A stretch of DNA of 63,837 nucleotides, counting the filler, from Phoronis australis (Eukaryota; Animalia; Phoronida): assembly GCA_002633005.1 (NCBI GenBank). It is 8 parts of 8 records of this genome, joined end to end, with 100 filler letters (N's around TTAATTAATTAA, not from the genome) between each part and the next. Parts side by side here need not be neighbours in the genome. Positions count along the whole stretch, not along the records: positions 24,703 to 31,897 come from NMRA01002056.1; positions 31,998 to 35,940 come from NMRA01002764.1; positions 36,041 to 41,533 come from NMRA01002326.1; 5 more parts are not named here. One strand, written 5' to 3'. Each line of letters begins with the position of its first letter. The stretch's first letter is position 1. Shown in pieces: positions 25,892 to 36,453 of this stretch. The notes under the pieces are model-generated. The model was not told the origin of the DNA. It saw only the letters and a program-made list of their open reading frames with translations, and made no database searches. Made by a program: the position numbers and the translations under genes.

Positions 25892-26428
25892 TGTAGTAAT
25901 AGCCGAGATTACCCGACCCGGGGATCGAACCAGCGACCCCCATAAAACCGGCAAGCGTGCTAACCATTCAGATAATAGGCAATTGCCCGTTAGCGAGTAG
26001 CTAACAGAGGCTCATATAATTCACCGGAAGCACATCTACAACATTCCCCCCTTTCCTACGGAACGGGCACGCGACAGGAAGGTGAACACCAGGATGTCTC
26101 GCATACAGGTCATCAACGTCCCTTGGCACCTTTACCACCACAACACAGGTGAACACAAGGTCGTCTCTCATACAGGTCCTTGACTCCTGGAACCTTCCAC
26201 GCGCACTGTCCCGAAGTCCGTGGGTACTAGTTGGCAGTGCTTCATCGGTAGATCATCCGTTTGCCTACTACGCCATTTGTAGTAATAGCCGAGATTACCT
26301 GACCCGGGGATCGAACCCGTGACCCCCATAAAACCGGCAAGCGTGCTAACCATTCAGCTAATAGGCAATTGCCGTTAGCGAGTAGCTAACAGAGGCTCAT
26401 ATAATTCACCGGAAGCACATCTACAACA
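25892..26428 (-). mobile_element. TRIM (miniature LTR retrotransposon) with tRNA-derived LTRs, Helenus/TRIMp3-like
   Basis: TG...CA direct repeats at 26278-26428 and 25892-26043 (4 substitutions, 1 indel). PBS TGGCGTAGTAGGCA, PPT GGAAAGGGGGGAA, A/B boxes inside each LTR, flanks ATTA/AGTA. Confidence 0.9.
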
Positions 26429-27349
26429 AGTATAACTCATAACTCAGGTGGAGAATATCACATATTAGTTATCCAAACATCAAAAATCATGCAATTTAAC
26501 CAATTTTGTCGTTTGTTTCTTTTCAATGTGTGCTGAAAAATAGAGAAACTGTTTTCAGTTTTTGTCAGAATACTTGTTATAGGATCCTGGATGAAGTAAA
26601 CTACTATTCTCTAGTGACTAATGGAACCTCTGGTCACTGACTACCTGCTAGTACTTCAGTCTGGGACCTCTGAATTCCATGTAACCAGCACTTTTCGAAA
26701 ATTGGTCTGTGCATGGATATCTGGAAAACTACCTTTCAAAGGAAAAATGTCAAACGAAACCTAACATACGAGTAGTTGTATTTTCGGAAAGGGGACGTAT
26801 TTCTGGAAGTTGTATGGATGCAGCTTTTGTTATACAAATATTAGTTGTGAAATGTTTTTAATGAACGTTCTTCTTGTTGTAAGAAGTTAAGTCATCCATA
26901 TTTCTTTCGCATTCAATAAGCGCACCGCATTATTAAAGCTGTCCTTCATGCAATACAAAGAAGTGGCCTAATATCTGATTAAATGAGTGAAATTGCTATC
27001 CCAAAATATAATGTCTTAACAAAGTAAACAGAATTTTACACTCAAAACATATCACATATGGAATTTAGAACAGTCCGTCAGATTTTTAAAACATGTTTAA
27101 CAGTTACCGAAAATACACGCATGGACATAATTTTGAAAATTTTTACAAAAATACGCCCATGGGCGTACTTTTGGGTGGACCTATCGTAGTGCTGTGCTGT
27201 AGTATTAGCAGTCAGCTAAGGAAAGATGCTGCTGTTTCGAATGTAAAAGAAAATTTTTGAATCATATATTTTATTCATACTTGTTAGTTTAAATTACAGC
27301 TTGTTAAAAGTTATACGTGATTTGCTCTAGCGATTTATTGCCTTTACAG

Positions 27350-27430
27350 GGTGGTCCGTACTTTGAGATATTGTCAGCTCAAGGCAAAGACGCAGCGAGT
27401 TACTGGAAGACAACAGGGGGTGTCAAGAAG
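27350..27430 (+). CDS. CFAP20DC: CFAP20DC coding exon 2
   Basis: tttacag|GGT GGT CCG...AAG AAG|gtgagc; GGPYFEILSAQGKDAASYWKTTGGVKK. Confidence 0.92.
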
Positions 27431-28476
27431 GTGAGCAATTGACTTCAAATATGTGCAAGAGAAGCTGTTAGGAAACTTTCATGAGAAACAGGAATTTTCA
27501 ATGAATGCTACTGTATGAGAATTTTGTAATTAGACACATATAATAATAATATTTATTAATTTTGCCTTGAGATAGCTGAGCAGCTTTTTCTTAATTTGAA
27601 GGGACAATATTTCTTTTTTACTCAATATCTAAATGGAACAATTACAAACCAGGGTTTAATTAGCACATAGAATGTGTCATAAACCTTTTGGTATGATGAT
27701 TGATGGAAACTGATTTTTGCTGTGAAACCAATAATTCAGAACACCATCAAGTAAGTATTCTAAACCTTCTAATTGGACAGGATTGTCCGACCCTTTCAAA
27801 GTAAGACTGCTTCATGCCAGTTGTGCAGTGAATCCTTCATTTCATTTTGATGTCAGAAACTAATTGATATCACACCCAGAGAAATTCTGTGTGTTTTGAG
27901 ATCTAGCGTATTTCATAATTTCATGTTTAGCCGAAAGTCCAGTTCAATTTTGAAAAAAATAAATTGTAGTTTCTGTAATCCAATGTTTGATTTAGACTAT
28001 TTATCGTTGGAAATTGGCTTCAAATTGTTCCTCAGTGATTTCTGGTCATTTCTGAACTTGGTAAGAACTGACTGCTCATTAGTGCATGAGACACGGCTCT
28101 GCAGGTTGACTGCTCATGAGAAACGGCTCTGCAGGTTGACTTGTCGCAGTTTGTCATTTTATTTGCCGAGCTTGTTCTTTAGTGATAACGAACTGTCGGT
28201 TCTTTTTAAGACCAAAAACCTCTTCTCATCTAAGTAAGGAACAGGTTGAGATCAGTTTTGTGGTGGTGAGTGTCCTTAAATCAACATATAGTTTTTTAGA
28301 CGGAAGGCTTATGGCTGATTTAAAATCATGGTGATGGAAGAAATATCAGCCCAGCAACTAGAGAACCACTTTAATACCTGTTATTCAGTGGAGAAAACTG
28401 GTTCTCAAAATGTGTGCTATTCAACTGTAATACGTTAATGCCTTGAGTTTATGGCCATCACGATCTCTTTATTCAG

Positions 28477-28570
28477 GTGTATGATAAAGAGGTAAAGAGC
28501 TATGTATTCACCCTTGAGGGTTCACCCACAACAACCAAGATGCAGATCCCTAAGGACAGCAAAATTGGCA
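28477..28570 (+). CDS. CFAP20DC: CFAP20DC coding exon 3
   Basis: attcag|GTG...GGC A|gtgagt; VYDKEVKSYVFTLEGSPTTTKMQIPKDSKIG. Confidence 0.92.
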
Positions 28571-29210
28571 GTGAGTGATGTGAAGCATAGTGTTGAGCGA
28601 CTCGTGTTTACAGGATGCTAAAACAAGTTTAACAAGGAATGGTGCATACTAGGGCAATAGTCGGATATAACGTGCTCGTATTTTGAGAACCTTGATGGCC
28701 ATTATTCAGAGGAGAAAATTGGTTCTCAAGTTTTGGCACATTATATCCGACCATTAGTCATATTAGTGAACATCATGTGACCTAATGTGTGCATAAAGGT
28801 TGTGGTACTGTAAACATTCATCAGTTTAACGTACTGTATGGTGTACACGAGGAATTTTATTTTTGTTAATCTTCTCAACGAAAAGAAAAGCTGTGGAAAA
28901 CTTGACTTTATCATAAGCATTTTTGTTAGTATTAATTTACTGTCACAAATAAAACTTAATAGGTAAGTTTTGTGTCTTTTCGCAAATGTAACCGACATTT
29001 AAAAAATAGAAAATTTGAAGTTATGCAATTGTTTATGCACTAAATAGAAGAGAAATTGCTGTAACAGCATTTTTTAATTGTTATCCTTGCATAAATTTTA
29101 ATCAGTATTTGTTATTCTTTAGAAAGGTGTTTAGTGTGGGCTTGTTTCAACGGTGCAATAGTTTCTGATTGGTTTCATCTTAGTAAAAATAGTCTGTGAT
29201 TTGTTTACAG

Positions 29211-29283
29211 TGACCTTGGTACAGCGGTTCTTGGTTCTCCAGATATTTGTCCCCAAAGGTCAAGACATTACCATAGAGATTGG
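29211..29283 (+). CDS. CFAP20DC: CFAP20DC coding exon 4
   Basis: tttacag|TG ACC...ATT GG|gtgagt; MTLVQRFLVLQIFVPKGQDITIEIG. Confidence 0.92.
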
Positions 29284-29784
29284 GTGAGTCACACCAAGGT
29301 GTTGTTGTGGTTGGAGGCAGTAGTGGGATATACCGTGCCCACATTTTGAGAACCAGTTTGGTGCCCTTTAATTCAGTGGAGAAAACTGGTTCTCAAAATG
29401 CCGGCAGGTAATATCTGTCTGTTACTGTGATTGGATGTAGGCATGTCAGATTGATTTCACAAAAAAATTGGATTCTAGATATTAATTTTTAGAAAGTTTA
29501 TCTTATTTCCGTGATTGGTGAATAGACTCAATGGTTCTAAACGACATGCATTGTAAGTGAATGTTATTAGCCTCGGTTGCTATGCCGAGTAAGTATATTC
29601 ACATCGCCAAATTTAAACTACATATTTTTTAAAGTTTAGAATCACATTTCTTCGCTACTTCTCGTGTAGTAGCCGTGTCACGTGGCTATAGAATAACTTT
29701 TTAGGTTTTTACGCCGGCACGTTGGTAAGGTTATTGCACGTGTGTATCAAGACGTATATGGTATACAAGACTGTCAATATCTTA

Positions 29785-30282
29785 CAAGGCTTGGAATTTT
29801 CAGCGGAAACGTGGATTTCCGCTTTTTTCAAATGTTCTGTCCGCGCATCTTATTATATTTCCGCGTAAAAAAAATCGGATTTGATATAAAATTTCCGCGG
29901 CAAATTCCTTTCTTACCGCGGCGTTGCAGACGACGTTCACCTCGAAAAGCGGAAGTTGCTCTTTATGTTTCAGAAGAACGTAAATTGTCAACATTGCCGG
30001 GGCATCTGGGATAGCGTGATGGGATTTTCAATGGCGTCTTGTGTTATTGTAAACTGCAGTGACAAATACTACGGCTCTGCAGCCAAGAATGTGTGGGTTG
30101 GGAGTGGTCGGACAAGCTAAAAGGACGCAGACGCATGCTACTGATGGTGGTAACGTTTTTTTTTAGTCCTCCCGATTTTTGTCGGCAAAAGGCTCACATC
30201 GACCAATTCAAGGCTGGGTAGCGCGCATGATTTGGGCCGTAAAAGTTTCCACGTTTTTTGTCATTGATCATTCCAAGCCCTG
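29785..30282. mobile_element. 498-bp MITE, CARGGCTTGGAAT termini, 6-bp TSD ATCTTA (hAT-like)
   Basis: 13-bp TIR (12/13 match); ATCTTA on both flanks; end fragments of the family at 24435-24462 and 40639-40722. Confidence 0.8.
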
Positions 30283-30390
30283 ATCTTATGACATTGGCTG
30301 GATTGCGAGAAAACTAATACTAAGACTTTTATTAAATCTTATTCAAGTGTTGTATACAACTGGTCACATGACATGTCTGTCTTCTTCCAG

Positions 30391-30505
30391 AGTCTCTGAT
30401 CTTGGTAACAACAAGCGCCGCCTGGTGTTCTCCACAGCAGTGAAGGACATCAGCATCACGCCACTCCATGGCAAGCTGCCACTGACTGTGCTCAAGAGGG
30501 CTGTA
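30391..30505 (+). CDS. CFAP20DC: CFAP20DC coding exon 5
   Basis: cttccag|A GTC...GCT GTA|gtaagt; VSDLGNNKRRLVFSTAVKDISITPLHGKLPLTVLKRAV. Confidence 0.93.
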
Positions 30506-31582
30506 GTAAGTTATGAAGCGGCTATACACCCGACTTGCGTCCACTCCTTGTTATGAAATTAGTCTCATATTGTTCCTTGTTGAAATTGGATGTGAGTTCG
30601 GGCTTCAAAAAAAAAAAACTGGTAGCTTGTTATTGCTTGAAACCAGGTTTTACAAGATGGGTTTTCATGTTATTTTATCCATAGTCTTGAGGAATAGCAG
30701 CCCAGGAATTATTTCTTGTCTTTGTAAGGAACATATCGAGATGGATTTTACTGAGGTGAGTTGTCTTGATGAAAAGTTAACTTCAGTGACGGAACGTGGG
30801 TTTGTTGCCAGTTGCCACTTTAACAGATTTATACTTGCATCATGCATGAAATGTGTGCCAATTACTCACAATTAAATTATTTTGTTGATTAAAGCACTTG
30901 TGAACAATTTTGTGGTAAAAAACACCCCTGAAGTCAATCACGAGTCATTTCATTATGAGGTTTGTTACCATTTGACGATATGTTAATTAGCTGCTGTCGA
31001 GATGTGACAGTTTGTTGTAAATTTTAAAAACACTGCACAGGAGTGAGTGGGGTTATCGGCCATTGAAACCTTAATTGGTAATGCTGAGGTTCACAGAGTT
31101 AAAAAAGGCATCATAGAAATTGTGATTAATTTCTGTTTTTTGTGTTTTGAGAAATGTAATTCAAGATTGTAAAATACGGCGTCATCAAGGAATGTGGAAG
31201 GATTTTTCAGTGAAGTTGTACGTCAAAAAATAAATGGTGTTTAAAATTAGACATGATAATTATCTATAAAATTAATCCAGATTCTATTTCATTGATAAAT
31301 TGTTGTAAATATGATCCTGATGATGTTTAATGAATAGACGAAACGTGGATTTAACATGAACTTTTGTTTTTGTGCGGCGATCGTCCGGTTTTTAATCTTA
31401 CTGTGGTCAACAACTGATTTAATATTTCATTGCATTGTTGAAAAATGAAGTTTGGTACCCAACGAATTAGGATTCATCTGTTCTTCGAGTGTTGAAAACA
31501 AAAACACCTATCTGTTGAGATGTTTAAATACACATGTCTATATCTTTAGCGCTGTTTCTACGATTATTTTCTCATTTCACAG

Positions 31583-31739
31583 TGGCTCAACTTGGCTATT
31601 GACATGGTTTCCATGGTAGCGGAAGGTTGGAAAGGAAACACCTTCAGATCTATAGACAATCTGTCGGTGTCAGCAAATTGTAAGATACGTAAGGTGTTCA
31701 CCATGAAGGTACAGCCCAGTGATACTACTGATGATGATG
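31583..31739 (+). CDS. CFAP20DC: CFAP20DC coding exon 6
   Basis: ttcacag|TGG CTC AAC...GAT GAT G|gtaagt; WLNLAIDMVSMVAEGWKGNTFRSIDNLSVSANCKIRKVFTMKVQPSDTTDDD. Confidence 0.92.
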
Positions 31740-31897
31740 GTAAGTGTTCACCATGAAGGTACAGCCCAGTGATACTACTGATGATGATGGTAAGTGTTCA
31801 CTATGAAGGTACAGCCCAGTGATACTACTGATGATGATGGTAAGTGTTCACTATGAAGGTACAGCCCAGTGATACTACTGATGATGATGGTAAGTGT
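31694..31897 (+). repeat. 50-bp tandem repeat (>=4 copies) made of the exon 6 3' end plus splice donor
   Basis: GTGTTCACCATGAAGGTACAGCCCAGTGATACTACTGATGATGATGGTAA at 31694, 31744, 31794 and 31844; runs into the contig end. Confidence 0.95.
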
Positions 31898-31997
31898 NNN
31901 NNNNNNNNNNNNNNNNNNNNNNNNNNNNNNNNNNNNNNNNNTTAATTAATTAANNNNNNNNNNNNNNNNNNNNNNNNNNNNNNNNNNNNNNNNNNNN

Positions 31998-32102
31998 TCC
32001 CTGCAGCACACACCAATCACTCCCTGCAGCACACACCAACCACTCCCTGCAGCACACACCAACCACTCCTTGCAGCACACACCAACCACTCCATGCAGCA
32101 CA
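31998..32102. repeat. 23-bp minisatellite (TCCCTGCAGCACACACCAACCAC)n bordering an 876-N gap
   Basis: About 4.5 copies before the N-run at 32103-32978. Confidence 0.9.
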
Positions 32103-35100
32103 NNNNNNNNNNNNNNNNNNNNNNNNNNNNNNNNNNNNNNNNNNNNNNNNNNNNNNNNNNNNNNNNNNNNNNNNNNNNNNNNNNNNNNNNNNNNNNNNNN
32201 NNNNNNNNNNNNNNNNNNNNNNNNNNNNNNNNNNNNNNNNNNNNNNNNNNNNNNNNNNNNNNNNNNNNNNNNNNNNNNNNNNNNNNNNNNNNNNNNNNNN
32301 NNNNNNNNNNNNNNNNNNNNNNNNNNNNNNNNNNNNNNNNNNNNNNNNNNNNNNNNNNNNNNNNNNNNNNNNNNNNNNNNNNNNNNNNNNNNNNNNNNNN
32401 NNNNNNNNNNNNNNNNNNNNNNNNNNNNNNNNNNNNNNNNNNNNNNNNNNNNNNNNNNNNNNNNNNNNNNNNNNNNNNNNNNNNNNNNNNNNNNNNNNNN
32501 NNNNNNNNNNNNNNNNNNNNNNNNNNNNNNNNNNNNNNNNNNNNNNNNNNNNNNNNNNNNNNNNNNNNNNNNNNNNNNNNNNNNNNNNNNNNNNNNNNNN
32601 NNNNNNNNNNNNNNNNNNNNNNNNNNNNNNNNNNNNNNNNNNNNNNNNNNNNNNNNNNNNNNNNNNNNNNNNNNNNNNNNNNNNNNNNNNNNNNNNNNNN
32701 NNNNNNNNNNNNNNNNNNNNNNNNNNNNNNNNNNNNNNNNNNNNNNNNNNNNNNNNNNNNNNNNNNNNNNNNNNNNNNNNNNNNNNNNNNNNNNNNNNNN
32801 NNNNNNNNNNNNNNNNNNNNNNNNNNNNNNNNNNNNNNNNNNNNNNNNNNNNNNNNNNNNNNNNNNNNNNNNNNNNNNNNNNNNNNNNNNNNNNNNNNNN
32901 NNNNNNNNNNNNNNNNNNNNNNNNNNNNNNNNNNNNNNNNNNNNNNNNNNNNNNNNNNNNNNNNNNNNNNNNNNNNNNGAAATCCAGGGCTTCTTGCCCC
33001 TCCCCTCCCTTCAGTCGTTAGTTTTTATAGTAGTAGACAGATTTTCATAGTGACTTTTTGTTTATTTATCCTGTAGAAATTTAAGTTAATGCACTGTCCA
33101 CTTAAATTGGAGAACCTGGAAATGAGTGCTTCAATTAATTGGGAGGTGCATGTTCACCCGAAGGAAGGTGCTTGACCTGAACTGAAATGGACTGTAGCTC
33201 TGGTCACCTATTACATTCAAACTAAGTACACACATCCATTGTTCAAAGAATTTGCCGCAAGACTAGGTGGCGACGCTGAATAAGAATCAGCTTTTTCTAA
33301 CTGACAAACGAGTGGTTAAGCGTACAGCTTGAGACGGGAGAAAATTGATAGAGAAATTTTCTTCTAAAATTCTTGGACTGATCTGTGTTATGAGAGTCAC
33401 CGGAAGATGCAAGTCATTACAAACTGCATCCTTTTGTTCACAGTTCAAATTTTCCAACTAAAATATATCTGGTCAAAAACTTCTGCGAAGTTGTATGACG
33501 TATTGATGAGCGGCAACATCGCATGCAGCATAACATCTAAAAGTTTTATCTGAATGCAGTCAGCATTTCTGAGAAATGATATTAGTCAAGGTTGGAAATT
33601 CAGCTGTCCTCCATAACCTTAGTTCTTTTTTGATCACCTTATGAATTTAGCCAATGAACAGCACATCTAAATTGCCAGTACACACAGTGTGAATATATTT
33701 TTGGGACACCCTACGTATATGCTGTACTTCCAGCATGTACTTCTGCTGTCTGCTGCCATGTCAGTGACACTATTTTGTATCAAAACCATTGAGACATTTT
33801 CAAGGAAAATATGGGTCGATCGACCCGTAGAACCTCGTATCTGTGAACCAAGACTGCAAGATATACCTGCATGCTGACCGTGAGGGAAAATGAAGGCTTG
33901 ATATGATTGCAACATGTTTGTTTTAAACATATTGGCCTTCAGCAAACTGGGAAAGGTCTCCACTGACCTCGACTTTGGCAGGGTATGTGGATGACCAGGT
34001 TATGAATTGATAACATATGGAATGATTTTGTGCTTCCAATTCACCAGTGATTTGGTTATGGTGGTGCGGTGTCCATGTGGGCATATTAATTTACAATGCA
34101 ACTAAAGACACTTCCCAAGTCCCCGTACAGGAACTGAAGTCGGCGAACCCTCGCCTGAAGGGGAAAACCAGCATTTGTCCGCCGATGTGCCTGAGGTCGC
34201 GCAGACTGCTTTTCGCTCAAACAGAGAATTAGCAGTGTATTGTGTGCTTGGTGACGAATAATTTTCCTCGGGTCCAGTAACCCACACACAGGCTTGCCTG
34301 AAGCAGTTGGACACGATCAGGCCGTTTTGATTTTGACTTTTATCCGTTTTCTTCCTGTAGTATGTGGTATGACGAGCTCGTGGCAATTTAAGATTCTTAC
34401 CAGATAGCCTAACAAAAGCTGAGGAAACATTAGTGACCTGTAGGTTGCCAAATCGATCATTACTTTATTAATGACAGGAAGCAAATTCTGTGAGGTCTTT
34501 CCACAGTCACAGTGGTAACATTTTGAAAACTTGTTCTGTCTTCATTTCTAAAATCTATTGACCTATTTACACAAACTTTTAGCTTAATGGGCATGTCGCA
34601 TGTTGAGTCGGTTCGTCATTCTTTGGAGAATTATCACAGGTCATGGTTCACTCAGATCAAATGTTACTACATCACAACTCCAAAGTGGTTCCATGCTTTC
34701 CCCTACCTTCTGTGAATTGGAAAGTTCAGTTCAAGGTAGTGATTTCAGAATTACACAGGTTATGGAATGCATTGTAAATTAGCTGTTGAGGTCTGCTTTC
34801 GAAAGTTCCATCACGTGTTTTACATCAACAGTTTGCTTTTACTGGGGAAAGATTGTATCAGTATATTGTAAACATTCCCTTTTCCTGTTAGTAAGTTTGC
34901 CAGCAGTACATAACGTGTTATTTTTGATGTCTGTGTAATCGTCATTTGTCTAAAATGTGATAACGACTGGCCTTACTATAATTTGTTCTTGCCTTAATAT
35001 GACTAGAAGTGATATTTAGGATGCTGTTTCAGGAAATTCAGTTAAGACTTCACAGCAATGTGGTCTTACACACCGCGCTAGCCTTGGTACAAAGCTGTAT

Positions 35101-35319
35101 ACTAAAGATACAGCTTTGTGCCGATGTGGGTAAAAAAGTGGTAAAATAAATCTGACACAAATTTAGTGTCCTTACAAACTACAGTCTTCCTTGAGTTAAC
35201 TAAATTATTTAACGGTGTTGGAAAAAATGGCGTTCTACCGTTAGTCTGCTGCTAAAGTTGATGAGCGATCTTCTGCATCGGCTTTTGGCGCCATGAAATG
35301 TGGCGTCACCTATTGGCCA

Positions 35320-35845
35320 GTTTGTTTTTCAACGATTTTTCAATCAACTTCTTCTTTCACGAGATTGCATACACGTCACAACAAATTATTGGAAGATTAT
35401 GAGTTTTTATGCGCCCACATATTTATATTTAGAATTTCGATACCGGAATACCGAATTTCAGAACAAATTTTGCTGCTCCGAAGCTGTCGCAAAAAATGTA
35501 GGAAATGGCACGTGTGCGTAACACTAGCGTACTGCTTTCAAAACGACAATATACTTTTCATTGTTACAAAAGGTCGAGAATGACGCAAGAAAATGACGTT
35601 TGTTGCATTGTTTTTCACTCTAATGGTTGAAACGAGCAAGGTGAGTGTCGGTTGATTCCCAGATTTTGCATGCACACCGTCCGGTCTTTAGCTCTACATT
35701 TTGATGCAGGTTTCATGGCGAGATGACCAGCAGAACTACCATGGCTTTGTGCAATTTAGGGGTCTATGGAAGAAAAACACACAGTGGTACCTAGCTGTAT
35801 TTTGACGATAAGTCTTCATACAGCTAGCTGGATGGCTAACACCAT
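35320..35845 (+). repeat. Unclassified interspersed repeat; inverted copy at ~46430-46905, fragment at ~45375-45416
   Basis: Shared blocks such as AGGAAATGGCACGTG, TTTCATTGTTACAAAAGG and CTTCATACAGCTAGCTGG occur in reverse complement in UBR4 intron 1. Confidence 0.7.
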
Positions 35846-36453
35846 GCCCACTTGACAGATGCTGAAATAAGTTTAGCCTAGTTATTATCTCAGTGTAGAA
35901 ATAATTTGATAAATTATCAAGTGAGCCCTAAGTCTCAAGTNNNNNNNNNNNNNNNNNNNNNNNNNNNNNNNNNNNNNNNNNNNNTTAATTAATTAANNNN
36001 NNNNNNNNNNNNNNNNNNNNNNNNNNNNNNNNNNNNNNNNAAAATGTTAGCCAATGAAACGCATCAAAGATCGATTCTGCATATCCCATGGTCACGCGAC
36101 TTGCTTACAAGTCATCGCGAGGCCTGTTCTCAGTTAGTGGTCTTTTGAACTTGGATTTGGCAACAACCAAGTAATGGTCGGATTAACAATAGCTGCTTTA
36201 TATTTGCCAGGTATCTGCCGAGAAGTGTAAAAACTCAGCTCGCATTCGTTGGAAATTCCAGGTCGCATTTCGCGACTTGATACGCGCTGACAAAAATCTC
36301 AGCTCGCATTTCCAAATTTCAGGTCGCAAATGCGACCTGCAGCTCGTTATGTCGAGCCCTGCATAACCAAAGCAATGTGAACTGAAAGCCAGCAGCTGCG
36401 TGTTTGCATAGGTGACCGAAGGAACAACGGTATCCGAAAATCTCGAATAATTC

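Larger units (their letters stand above)
25798..31739 (+). other. CFAP20DC: Gene span: CFAP20 domain-containing protein (C3orf67 ortholog), N-terminal 180 codons, 3' part missing at contig end
   Basis: Six GT-AG exons give MFKNDFQGGPYFEILSAQGKD...VYDKEVKSYVFTLEGS...QRFLVLQIFVPKGQD...DLGNNKRRLVFST...TPLHGKLPL...WLNLAID...SANCKIRKVFTMK, closely matching the recalled human C3orf67 N-terminus. Confidence 0.92.

Noticed and set aside
26297-26366. tRNA gene
   Set aside because: Acceptor and anticodon stems are poor and the module is embedded in both LTRs, so it is treated as a tRNA-derived promoter. The same applies to the SINE heads near 6990 and 61677.
32070-33076. 326/327-aa ORFs
   Set aside because: Almost entirely translated N gap.
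33930-34400. GC-richer patch with exon-like signals and a possible frameshifted ORF
   Set aside because: No consistent spliced frame or recognisable homology.
35404-35426. Isolated H2 terminus TTTTTATGCGCCCACATATTTATA inside another repeat
   Set aside because: Probably a truncated H2 remnant; too short to call an excision footprint.
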